64,000 nucleotides of DNA, from NCBI RefSeq assembly GCF_009914755.1, contig NC_060939.1. One strand, given 5' to 3'. The notes under the pieces were generated by a model. The model was given only the letters and a program-made list of their open reading frames with translations. It ran no database searches and was not told the origin of the DNA. Of the stretch, positions 49,911-60,879 are shown one piece after another. Source of the stretch: the human T2T-CHM13v2.0 reference genome, Homo sapiens. Every line of letters begins with the position of its first letter. Position 1 is the stretch's first letter. The translations under genes were made by a program, and so were the position numbers.

Positions 49911-50769
49911 GCTCTACAGCTACAGTAGTTTAATATTAATATAAAGATATAGGCAGAACAACTGAACAGAATAAAGACTAGAAAAATATCTAAACATATT
50001 ACTAATTATCTAAACATATTACTGATTTTCAGTAATGAAAATCAATTAACCACTGACATGTATTACCTATATGAATCTCACAAACAATGTTGAATGAAAG
50101 ACTCAAGGCAGAGGTTGTACATTCCATTTCAAAATTTCAAAAACAGCAATCAAGACCAGTGTCAAAAGTTAGCATAGTGATTACTTCTGAATACTGTTAG
50201 AAGATAAACTCAGATAACTAGGAGATTAATGAGAAAAACAACCAAAAATGGCAGTAAGCATTGAATCTAATTACCTATAGGAGGCCAAGACTAATATAGG
50301 GATTTTGATTTGAAAATTAAATGTTGGAGTTGTAAACCTTGATAATAGAATAGATACATAACTACCTATATGTAGAGAGGCCGAGGTATGAGAATCACTT
50401 GAACCTGGGAGGCAGAGGCTGTGGTGAGCCGAAATTGTGCCGCTGCACTCCAGCCAGGGTGACAGAGCAAGAGTCTGTCTCAAAAAAAAAAGTTATGAAT
50501 AACTGTGCACCAGGTAACAGAGCATCAGCATTCACAGAGAAGAGCTATAGGGGAAACAAGAAAAAATATAGAAAACACAGCATCTTAATTATTTAATTCA
50601 TGTGTTTTAGTTCATTAAACATCAAGAGGACCAAAATTAAGCAAGACTAAAAAATACCTAAATATCGTAATTGATAAGGTAGAAATATGTGTGTGTATGT
50701 CTGAACATAACAACTCATTCTTTTTTAAGTGGCAATGAAACATTCATAAAATAAAAAAAAAGAAATTCC

Positions 50770-51072
50770 TTAATTGCTATAAAAGTATTCCTGGGGATGA
50801 GTAATTTATAAAAAATAAATTCTAATTTGGCTGACGGTTTTGAAGGCTGTACAGGAAGTGTGGTTCTGCTATCTGCTTCTGGTGAGGGCTTCAAAAACCT
50901 TATATTTATGGTAAAAGGCACAGGGGAAGAAGGAGTGTCACATGGTGAGCAGGGGGAAGAAGGAAAGGGGGAGATCCAAGTCTCTCTTAAAAAATCAGAT
51001 CCTGAGTGATCTAACTATGTGAGAACTCACTCATTACCAAGTGGATGGCACTAAGCCATTCGTGAGGAATCT
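50770..51072 (-). mobile_element. MST LTR truncated at the V-block/D-block junction
   Basis: MST motifs run to AAGCCATTCGTGAGGAATC, then switch abruptly to GC-rich DH sequence. Confidence 0.75.
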
Positions 51073-51978
51073 GGATTCTGGATTCCCATGGGGTGATGAG
51101 AGGAGAGCAGAGGGGAGGAGGGGCAGGGTTGGGTCCTGGGTAAGGCGGTGCTCGGGCTGGGGTCCCTGGAGAGAAGTTCTGGGTTCCTGGGGGCCAATCA
51201 GGCAGGCGTCTTTTCTGTCCACACCCCGAGGGTCCCAGCCGGAGCCAGGTGGGGAACCATAAGGAGAGGGCTTGTGTCCTGTCCTCCCCAGTCCTCTAGA
51301 CAGGGTGGGGACTGAGGGGTCCACCCCAGGGCAGGGCCAGGCAGTGACTCTGATGTGGGGCCTGGTTTTCGTGGACTGGCCTGGGGGGTGCGGGGTGCAG
51401 AGCAGGAGGGGGCAGATTCTGTTGGGGGATGGTGCAGTCATCCCTGTGTTCAGGCCATTTCCTGCCCTGGTCACCTGCAGTGAACCCTGGCAAGGAGGGG
51501 GTGGCCTCCCAGACAGCAGCCTGCCTGGGATCTGCTCTGGCCCTGGAACTGGGGATGGAGCCATTCTGGAGGTCAGCAGCTGCCTAGGACAGCAGGGGAC
51601 CAGGCCAGCCCCTAGCAGGGGAGGCAGTGGGGATTTTGGCAAGGACCGAATTGTTTGGGAGCCAGTGCCCCACTAGGCACAGTGACAGACACCCCAGCAG
51701 TATGTCCTGTCCCCACCAGACTGCCCACCCTATCTTAGGTGTGGCATGTGAGGGTGCCGTGCCCCTGGCAGGCCCAGCCCTTGACCTTCCATGCAGTCAT
51801 GAGGCCCTGGGAAGCTGAGAACAGACCTCCCACTGAGGGAACCCTCCCCACAGAGGGCAGAGTGCAGACAACAGTGACCTTGAGAGCCCCAGGAGAAGCA
51901 GGTGAGCTGGAGGCCTGGGGCTGCATGGCAGTGGCTCATCTACTTGGCGTGGTTGCTGCTATGGGTGGCCCCACTGTG

Positions 51979-52001
51979 GTAATCGTAGACACTATATCCA
52001 C
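51979..52001 (-). other. IGHD5OR15-5A: IGHD5 orphon segment GTGGATATAGTGTCTACGATTAC with 12-RSSs (51951-51978, 52002-52029)
   Basis: CACAGTG-12-GCAGCAACC and CACAGTC-12-ACAATAACC. A and B copies cannot be distinguished here. Confidence 0.9.
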
Positions 52002-52935
52002 CACAGTCTGACACCCCCTGACAATAACCACACCTGGAACTGGAGGCGGGGCTGTCAGGAGGAGCTTCCCAGGGAGCAAGGAGGGTCCAGACAGCTGTGC
52101 CAGGGGCCCCCAGGACTGGGGACGTGGGGGGCTGCTCAGGGACCAGACATGCACAGTGTCCCCCTGGAGAGGCCTCTGCAGCCTCCTGGGCTCTGGGACG
52201 GGCCTCCAGTCAGCAGGAGGCTGGGTGCTTCCCGACATGTGCTCTCCTGCCCTCACTGGTGAGCTCCTATGTGGCCCAGTGCAGGCCCAGCTCCAGCGTC
52301 CGCTCCTGTCAGCCTGGCCGAGGGTCTGGGCAGAACTGGGCATGGCTCCTTCTTAGATCCCTCGGGGACTGTCTCTACAGCTGTACCTGGGGCTGGGGGC
52401 TCCATGAGTGGTCTTTGCCATATGGGGACGTCAAAGGCAGGTGTTTCTCTAGTGGCAGGTAAGGGAGACTGTCCAGGGCCTGGCCCTACGAAACATAGTG
52501 GCCTCTCAGAGGAGGGTGTGTGGGAGTCCTGCCTATTGGGAGCCTGGCGGATGCTGCCCTCTTGATTCCAGCCAGGATGGGAATCCAGGCAATTGGCAGG
52601 AGGTGCTGGAACAAGGCTGGTGTCTACAGCAATTCCCGGCCCTAGGAATTGGCTGTTGGAACTGTGGCAGCTGTTGGGACAGGGTTCGGTGCAGCTGGCA
52701 GGCACCTGTGGTCATGAGTGAGGTCACCTCAGAGCCCTCTGAAGCCCTTGTTTGAAGGCAGATGAAGTGTGGGGCACCAGCCCATGGGCTTTCATGGCCA
52801 AGGTGTCCCTAGAGGCCGAGGGTCTGGGCAGAAATCCTTGGGCCTGGCTCTTCTTATCCTGGAGAACTCTGAGCCGAGAAGTGTGCATAAACCCTGGGAG
52901 TCCGGTCAGTTTTTGCTGCTGGGTTCATCACTGTG

Positions 52936-52954
52936 GTAGTTAGCACCATAGTCA
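52936..52954 (-). other. IGHD4OR15-4A: IGHD4 orphon segment TGACTATGGTGCTAACTAC; 5' heptamer defective (CATAGCA)
   Basis: 3' RSS CACAGTG-12-GCAAAAACT (52908-52935). 5' RSS 52955-52982. A/B copy uncertain. Confidence 0.9.
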
Positions 52955-53886
52955 CATAGCAGGAGGGCCTTCACAAAAAGCCCCTCAGTGAGCCCAGAGG
53001 CATTTCCCACGCAGGTGCTGGTCCAGGCGTCTGGGGCCCCCATTGACAGTGGTGCTGCATCCTGGGGATCTCAGACCGGTCTGAATCTTCCCCGCCTGCC
53101 GTCGAGGGCAGGAGGGTCTGACTCACCCTCCAGGGCTCCTGTCCCCTCCAGGAGGGGCCGAGGTGACATCCGGTCAGAGCATGTGCAGGAGTCAGGCCTC
53201 CTGGATTTTTAGTCCTGGGGTAGGTGCAGGGGGTGGGACACCTTTTAGGGGTCTGGGAAGGGCTGGGCTGTGGGGCTGTCCCCATGGGCCATCTTGTGTT
53301 CTGGGTGCCGTCCTGATCCAGATGTGGGTTCCCGATGTGATATCACTGAGGACTGTCCTGGAAGAGGGTGCCCACTGGGGAGAGAGACAGGGATTTCTGG
53401 AAGGTTCTTTGTCTCTGACTGTGAGAGGTGAGTCCTCTGTTGGCTTCCCGGGTGAGGTTTGGAAAGGAGCAGGACTCAGGACGGCCAGGCAGGATGAGCG
53501 ACTCCCAGCTCCGGCTGTCCCGGGAATGCCTTCTGTCTTGGAAATGACCCAGGAGAGGCTCAGGTGTCAGAGCCAGGCAGGCCAGGGACCACAGGGGCAG
53601 GGACAGCGCACAGGACCAGCCCCGCCCTCCTGCCCCTACTCGGACCTGGGGGGTTCTCAGGGTCCACACATGTGGCTCAGCCTTGAGGGAGGGGCTTCCG
53701 GGACTGCTGGGTGCCTGTCCCCATCTGGACTGGTACTGGAGGGCAGCAGCGATGCAGACCTGTTGGACTCAGGTCTGGCTGACCTATGGGATAATCCTGG
53801 CCATCTGTTTCATGGTCTCCGGGGCTGGCGGGCAGGAGCTCAGGGTGGTCACTCTTGGGCTTGTCCATTGTGCCTGCTGCCCTGTG

Positions 53887-53956
53887 TGTTTGGGACACAG
53901 GTTGCACTGCTGTGGTAGCCACTACACCCATGGTGCTGTGGCCTCGATCAAAATCC
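53887..53956 (-). other. Candidate unannotated D-like segment GGTGTAGTGGCTAC (53915-53928) with two 12-spacer RSSs
   Basis: 3' CACAGCA-12-TCCCAAACA; 5' CATGGTG-12-TCAAAATCC. Confidence 0.65.
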
Positions 53957-54043
53957 TAACGCGGCATGTGGTGGTCCACTGTGGGGAGGGCTATGGCAGA
54001 AGGCTCCCAGGGATGGGTTTTTGATGGACTCTGTGACACTGTG

Positions 54044-54074
54044 GGTATAATAACCAGTCCAAAAATCATAATAC
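54044..54074 (-). other. IGHD3OR15-3A: IGHD3 orphon segment GTATTATGATTTTTGGACTGGTTATTATACC (YYDFWTGYYT)
   Basis: CACAGTG-12-TCAAAAACC (54016-54043) and CACAGTG-12-CCCCAAACC (54075-54102). A/B copy uncertain. Confidence 0.92.
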
Positions 54075-54493
54075 CACAGTGACACAGACCTCACCCCAAA
54101 CCTACTGCCAGGTCCGGGGAAACTCGGGATGTCCAGGGCTGACCTGAGGAGGCAGCAGGGCACCGAGGGGAGGCTGTGGGCCCAGCGCTCTCAGGTCTGC
54201 TGCGGGGACACTCGGGTCTGCCCCTCGCTTAGGTGGACAGTGTCTGTGCCCACCTGTGTCCTGAGGCTCCATTTCAGGCTGATATCTGTCTGTACTGTCC
54301 CTACCCATTCCATAGCCATGTCCTTTTGGGTTTATAAATTGCCCCCAAATCACGCAGGCATCACTCAGGCTTTTTATATTCCCTGGGCCACCAGGTGCCT
54401 CCACCCAGAAAGGTGAGATGTGGGAGAGTTCCAGAGTCATTCTGCAACCCTGGATGAGCCCTTGCAGCCTCAGTGCTACTGAGGTTCCAGCAA

Positions 54494-54790
54494 CACCTGG
54501 AGCAGGTGCAGGTGAGGCCCGAGGCCAGGTGAAGCCCAGGCCAGGTGAGATCCAGGCCAGTGATGCCCAGGTCAGATGAGGCCCAGGTCAGGTGAAGCCC
54601 AGGTCAGGTGAAACCCAGGTCAGGTGAGGCCCAGATCATGTGAGCTCGGGACAGGCAAGGTCCAAGTCAGGTGAGGCCGAGGTCAGGTGAAGCCCAGAGG
54701 TGAGGTCCAGGCCAGGTGAGGCTTAGGCCAGGTGAGGTCCAGGCCAAGTGAGGTCCAGGTCAGGTGTGGCCCAGGTCAGGCAAGGCTGAG
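54494..54790. repeat. ~16-bp G-rich tandem repeat (CAGGTGAGGCCCAGGT-like)
   Basis: About 17 degenerate units read directly. Confidence 0.9.
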
Positions 54791-56540
54791 GTAGATGTAT
54801 GAGACTTCTGTAATTTTCAGTCGGTGCCAACCCTGCCTGGTGTCCCTGCCCCTCCTCCCAGCCCACGCTCTGTGCCTGCCAGATGGCAGCCCCTGCACAG
54901 GTGGTGCTGGCTGTGGAGGAGCTGGGCTCTGCTTCCCTGTGCATGGGCGTCCCTCTCGGGCTCTGGCCTGGGAGTGTGGCTCAGTTGCTTCTCTCTGGAA
55001 TGTGCCGACTGTGCCATCCTTGGGGGTATATGTCCTCGGGGGGATACGGCTCTGTGCCTGCTCCACATCTGGCCCCAGGAGCTGCCAGCAGGTACCGGCC
55101 TGCCCTGCCACACAGTGAGCCTGCAGCCTGTCCGGGGATGCCCAGGGAGATGAGTGCTACCACACATCAGGCCTTTTCTCTTTAAAGTCATTTCTTTGGG
55201 GATACATCATCGATGTCTCATATACTGAATGTATGTCTGTATCACTGTGCAATTGCCTGTGTCATCGTTTATTTATCCAACCTGGGTTAATGTCTTTGCT
55301 ATTATGAACAGTGCCGGAGTGAGAATTTTCTAAACACAGCTGTGTACATTTTCCTCTTCTTGCGATTTAGAAGTTTAACTGCTGTTTTCAAGGTACTGTA
55401 ATGTATTTGTTCTGTTCTTGTTAGGAGACTTGCCAAACCTGTGTGTCTCTGTTCACACCCTCTTCCTTCCCCAGTAGAAGTAACCACAACTGTGTTTATG
55501 TGATCATCGTTTTCTTGATTTTCCTTATAGTTTTTCTAGTGGAAAGTTTATCCCTTAAGAAGATAGTTCATTTTGCCGGGTGTAAATTTTATTTAGAAGA
55601 AATCATATTGAAAGTATTTTTTGGAGTTTCCTTTGTTACTCCAATTACTCAGCATTGTCATGAACTCAACCACAGAGTTGCCCATAACCCTGGTAACCCT
55701 GTACTGTTGTCCTCGTGGCTGTCTGGGTTTGCATTTCATGAACCTGCCATCGTTTATTTGCCTGTTTTCCTTCAGATGGATGTTTGCTTCATTCTCAGTT
55801 TAGGGCTATGACAAACATATGTTCTGCACATCTTTGCCCATGAGGTTCTCAGGGAGGGCTCTGGGGCTGGCATTGCCTGCAGGGCTCTGCTTTGTTGCAG
55901 GGAGTTCCTGCCAGGGCTTTTCAGAGTGTCTGTGCCCAGCAGCAATGCCTGAAGGTACACACTGTACTTTGCCCTTGCATCAGGCACTTTCTGTTTGCTT
56001 GCTTCTGTGTGGCTCCACATTCTGGAGAATTTATTCAGATCTGTGCTGCAAATCCTTCTCACTGATTCTCTCTTTAGCTGTGTCTACATCAGCTGTTAAG
56101 CATCCCATGATGCAGCAGTGTGGGCACAGGGCAAACTTTCGAAAGATGACAGTGTGGGATAGAGGCTGCTCCTCCTTCCCTGTGCCCTTCCCACACTGTC
56201 CTCCTGGGCTCACTCCCAGCCATTTATCTCGAACACCAGTTTATGGAATTCTCTGCCCAGGAAAGCAGAAACAGTAAAAGGCCCTGCTCAGGCTCTGCCT
56301 GCATCTTCTCTTGCACACCCACCAAAGCTCTTTCCTTGGGGCCTGTGCCAGCTTCCCCAGCTTGCTTCTCATTTTCTGTTTACTCTGCTCGCTGGCTGGT
56401 GGGGGTGATGTCTGGGGGGAAGTCTGGTGTGTTTTGGCATTGGTGGACACCCCTAGGCCCTACTTCCCAGACGCTCCCCCTCAGCTCCAGAAGTGGAAGC
56501 ATTTACAGCAGGGCTTTGGGACTGGGGCTGTGTCACTGTG

Positions 56541-56571
56541 GGCATAGAAAGTAGTACTATTACAATATTCT
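56541..56571 (-). other. IGHD2OR15-2A: IGHD2 orphon segment AGAATATTGTAATAGTACTACTTTCTATGCC (EYCNSTTFYA)
   Basis: CACAGTG-12-TCCCAAAGC (56513-56540) and CACAGTG-12-ACAAAATCC (56572-56599). A/B copy uncertain. Confidence 0.92.
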
Positions 56572-59291
56572 CACAGTGACACAAGCCCCCACAAAATCCT
56601 CCTGTCCCCATGGGTGTCACGGAGTCCCCCCTTGCTGTCTCTGGCCAGTTCTCCTGCTGATACTGTGATTTCCAGGGGGTTTTTGTCTGAAACTCAGGGT
56701 GTCTTGGAGAGGACTCTGAGCCCAGTGCTGTACAGGGGGCTCCTCCTTTGTCCTGGGGGAGTTGCGTGGACCCTGTGTTTGGTTAAGGGAAGCATTTGCT
56801 GGTGAGGTAGACCTCCCCTCCTCTCTTTCTCAGGAGCCTCCTCTGATGATTTTGCCTGGTGTTTCTTGGGGCTGGTGCTCGGGGCTCAGCAGTCTCTGCC
56901 CTGGTCCAGCTGGGAATGTGGGTCCGTCCTGTTTCCATGAGTTTTCTGGGGCCACCAGTGAGGGGCTCGGGATGTCAGCGGCTGGTCTCGGTCCCTATGG
57001 TCTGGGCTCCGGCTCACTGCTCCCCTGCCCTCCAGGTCAGTCACTGACTCAGTTACTATGCAGCGGGCTCCATGGCTGTTTGGTGGTGGCTGCAGGTCTC
57101 TTCCCAGGAGAGGCCTGCAAGAGGGTTGGGATGTCTGGGAGCCCTGCATTCTCCCGTGATGTTGCTGCCTGGATCCCTCATCTTTAAAGGGAGTGCCGAG
57201 CCTCCCTGCAGGTGTGGGCAGTGAGAGACACAGGCGGATGTGCATCAGGGCGCTGGAGGCCGATTTCTTTCATTGCCTTCTGCCTGTGGAAGAGCTGAGC
57301 TCCCTGCTTCTGTGCACAGGAGATTTCCCTGTAAATGGGGAGTGAGGGCAAGGGTCTGTGTGGGGAAGACTTGGGTGAGCCTTCGTCCTGGAAATACCAG
57401 GGCCATGTCCAAGAGGGGAGTGGAGCCAAAGTGTCCAGGAGGAAGGTGAGGGCAGTGTGTGGGTGGGAGTGCACGGTCAGTGCCATGGCTCAGAGGCCCC
57501 AGGAGAGGAAGAGCTCAAGTTGTGGGCAGGAGGAGGCAGTGGGTAGGCACAGGGGGGAGAAACTGAGGCTCTGGCAGCAGAAGAGGGGAGGGCCTGCATG
57601 TGCAGGGTTGGCCTGGGAGGGGTGTCTGGAGGGAGAGACAGGGGTCTGGGTGGAGACCAGGGTGGTGACTGCAGGGACAGGACCCCAGGATTGTCTGGGT
57701 GGGCGGCAAGAGCAGCAGGGCAGAAAGGGCCCAAGGCAGGGTCCAGTCTTCTCAGGGTGTGGGCTGCAGGGATGGGACCCCAGGGTTGTCTGGATGGGCA
57801 GGAAGAGCAGCGGGGTAGAAAGGGCTGGAGGCAGGGTTGGGCGTCCCCAGGGTGTGGGGTGCAGGGAGGGGCTGCACAGGCTGTCCCCCTGAAGGAGGGA
57901 GGAGGGAAGGAGCACAGAGGTGCTGGGAGCAAATGGAGAGGGAAGTGGCAGCGACCCGCATGCCAGGCGGTCCCGGTTTGGGGTTGATCTGTGTGGAATA
58001 GCTCCCTGGCCCATGTGTAAGTGGTCAGGGGAGACATGGAGGTCTGGAGCTACAAGCAGTGGCAGGAAGGCAAGTCCTGGTCTTGGGGGTCTGGAGCTTA
58101 TCTTCTTCCTGTGAACTGAGTGTGGGCGGCACCTATGGGTGGTGCCCTGGACCTGTGGTCTGGTGGAGTCCAGGCCTCCCAGGGATAGCAGGGCAGCCAG
58201 GGCTAGAGGAGCCTGAGGGGCCAGGTCAGGGTAGCCCTGGGGACACTGCCTCCACCTTTGACCAGCGCTGCTGCGGGGATCTGGTCATGAGACCCCTTCA
58301 CCCAGGAGGGGAGGCACATGAGTGTGACCCTAAGTCCGTACCCTATGGGGGGCTCTGACCCTCCTGCATAGGGCCTGGACAGGGGTGGGTGGCTGTGTGC
58401 AGGTGGGGAGTGGGGAGCCCAGACTCTCCCAGACACAGCCTGCTCTGCTCCAGAATGTGGGCTTGGGGACTGCAGGCTGGCTGGGTCTGGGCTGCCTGGT
58501 GTGCCTGTGGTGGCTGCATTCCCATATCTGGGACTGAGGCCTAGTGAGTACCAGGAGGAGCCTGAAGGGAGCTCCATGGAGGACCTGCCTCGGATGACAC
58601 CCCTATTTTAGGAAGGACATGGTGTGTTCCAGCTGGGAGGAAGGGAAGTGGGCCACCTCCTGGGGGTCTTCCACCCCCACCACCTCAGCCTGGGGCTTCT
58701 GTGCTTCCTCCCTGCGCAGACCCCAAAGTCTGTGCCACCACAGGGCAGGAAGGAAGGGCCTGTGTCCTGGTCGAGGTTGGGGCCACAGTGGTGTTCCCTA
58801 AGCCCCAGTCTGCTCTCAGGGCCCGCCCCGCAGCAGGTCCTGAGTGAGGGACAGAGACGGGGAGGGGTTTCTGATCCTGGTGGACTCTGGGGTGGATTCC
58901 AGTGGGGAGTCATCAGGGTCGGTGTCCCCCAGGGTATTGGGGTGAATGTGCTCCTGGAGTCTGCTCTGGATGTGGGGTTTATGCCTGTGCTGCCTGGGGT
59001 TGATGTTGGGGGGTGCCAGTGACCCGTTTCCCTGAGGGACTCTTGTCGGTGGTAGGGTCAGTTCTGGCCAGGGGCACGGGGCCATAGCAGTAGGATGGGG
59101 TCCAGCCCCTTCCATGACCCCCTGGAGCCCTGGTCCCCATCCTCACCATTCAGTGGGGACTCCGTTGTGCTCTGGCTGCTGGGGGTCATGTGAGCTGAGT
59201 AGGACCTAGGTTCGGGGCGGCTGTTCCCCTCTCTGGCATGGCCTCCGGCAGTGGCCAGGAGACGGTTTTGGACAAAGCTTTTCTCACAGTG

Positions 59292-59308
59292 GTTGTTCCA
59301 GTTATACC
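59292..59308 (-). other. IGHD1OR15-1A: IGHD1 orphon segment GGTATAACTGGAACAAC; DIR-like GC-rich tract immediately 5' (~59310-59500)
   Basis: CACTGTG-12-TCCAAAACC (59264-59291) and CACTGTG-12-TCAGAATCT (59309-59336). A/B copy uncertain. Confidence 0.9.
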
Positions 59309-60879
59309 CACTGTGACTCGGGGCTGTTCAGAATCTGCCCAGGTGCCCTGAGCTCTGGGGCCTCCTGGGTGGGGGCTGGGCTTGTGGGCAGGATCTCCTT
59401 TGGGGGCTCTGGAGGCTGTGGCTCACTTTGGTTGTGGGGTGAGCACTGGAAGCCCCAGCTAGCAGAACACCCACAGAGACTGGGGCCTGCACACATCCCG
59501 CCCCAGTGTGTGGGGTGGGCCCAGGCCCCTCTGCGCAGGTCAGCTTCAATGGGGAGGGTGCTCAGGTCCTGCTTGTTTTCCTCTGGGTTAATGGGATTCA
59601 TCTCCTGGCCCCAGATCCTCACAGGCTGCCCCTGTCCCTCCAGCAATGCAGGACATGGCAGGTCACCCTGGAGGGAGGCATGTTCTGGTCTGGGTGTCAG
59701 GTGTGGCACCTCAGATTTTCCATGCATGCTGTGGGCTGAGCAGGACAGCAGATGACCCCGGGCCCCCACCCTGTCTATGGACATTTTTTGCTGCGGCAAC
59801 TGTGGGAGCTGACAGTGTTCACAGCCACGCCACGGTCATCATCGTAGTCAAGTCTTTCTAAGAGTTTCATTGTGACGAAGCCTCCTATTAAATGGCACCT
59901 CGGCCCTGCTTCCTGAGGGTTACTGCTGAGTCCCGGATTTCCCACAGAGGCGAAGAGAGGAGAGCAAAGGGAGGAAGAGGCAGATGAGCTGGGCCCTGCA
60001 GAAGGGGGTGCTTGGGTTGGGGTCTGTGGAGCAAAGATCTGGGCTCCTAGGGGCCACGCAGACAACCATCCTCCCTGTTCACACCTTGAAGATCCCAACA
60101 GGAGCCAGGTGGGGAGACTGTGAGGAGAGGGCCTGTGTCTTGTCTTCCTTGGGCCATGGGACAGGGTGGAGGTTGAGGGCGTCTTTCCCAGGGGATCACA
60201 GAACAGCACCTCTGCTGTGGGGGGCATCTAGCATGGGGGGCTGGGCTGTGGGGTGCAGGGCAGGAGGGGGCATGCATGGGAGGGGTGTGGCCCAGTCATT
60301 CCTGCATTCACAATCTTTCTTGTCCTGGGCACCTGCACTAGACCCTGGCCTGGAGGGGCGGCTTCCTAGCCTTCAGCATCCCTGGAGTCTGCTCTGACTC
60401 TGGACCTGGGGACAGGAGCCAGGCAGGAGATCAGCAGCCTCCTAGGACAGCAGGAGGGCCCAGGCCAGTGCCTAGCAGACTTCCACGGGAGAGGGGTCCC
60501 AGGGGCGGGGAGATAATGATTTCTAGAAGGGTCTGTGTCTCTGAGTGTGCAAGTTTGTCCAAACTGTCCACCAGCTGTGATCAGGTAAACACAGGCAGAC
60601 CTGAGTTCAGGCGGAGGAAACAGTTTTGTCATTAACTCTCTACCGACTCTAGGGGAATGAGCCAAGCTCCATTGTCGTCTGTGCAGAGGCCACAGCCTTG
60701 AAAAGGGAGGGGGTAGAGGGAGCAGGGAGGGTGCTCGGGGCTCAGTCGTCGGGGAAGGGAAAATTTGCCCAGTGCTGGTCAGCGTCCCTGGGATGGGGCC
60801 CGCTGTGTCCGTGCTGGCCACTGTTGAGGTCAGGATTCTGTCCTCCCAGAGCCTGGAGACACAGGCCCCATCCTTCCCA

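Noticed and set aside
53977-53983. Isolated perfect heptamer (CACAGTG on the minus strand)
   Set aside because: No nonamer at 12 or 23 bp on its spacer side.
54494-54790. Ig class-switch region
   Set aside because: Only ~300 bp, lacks dense AGCT/GAGCT pentamers, and no constant gene follows.
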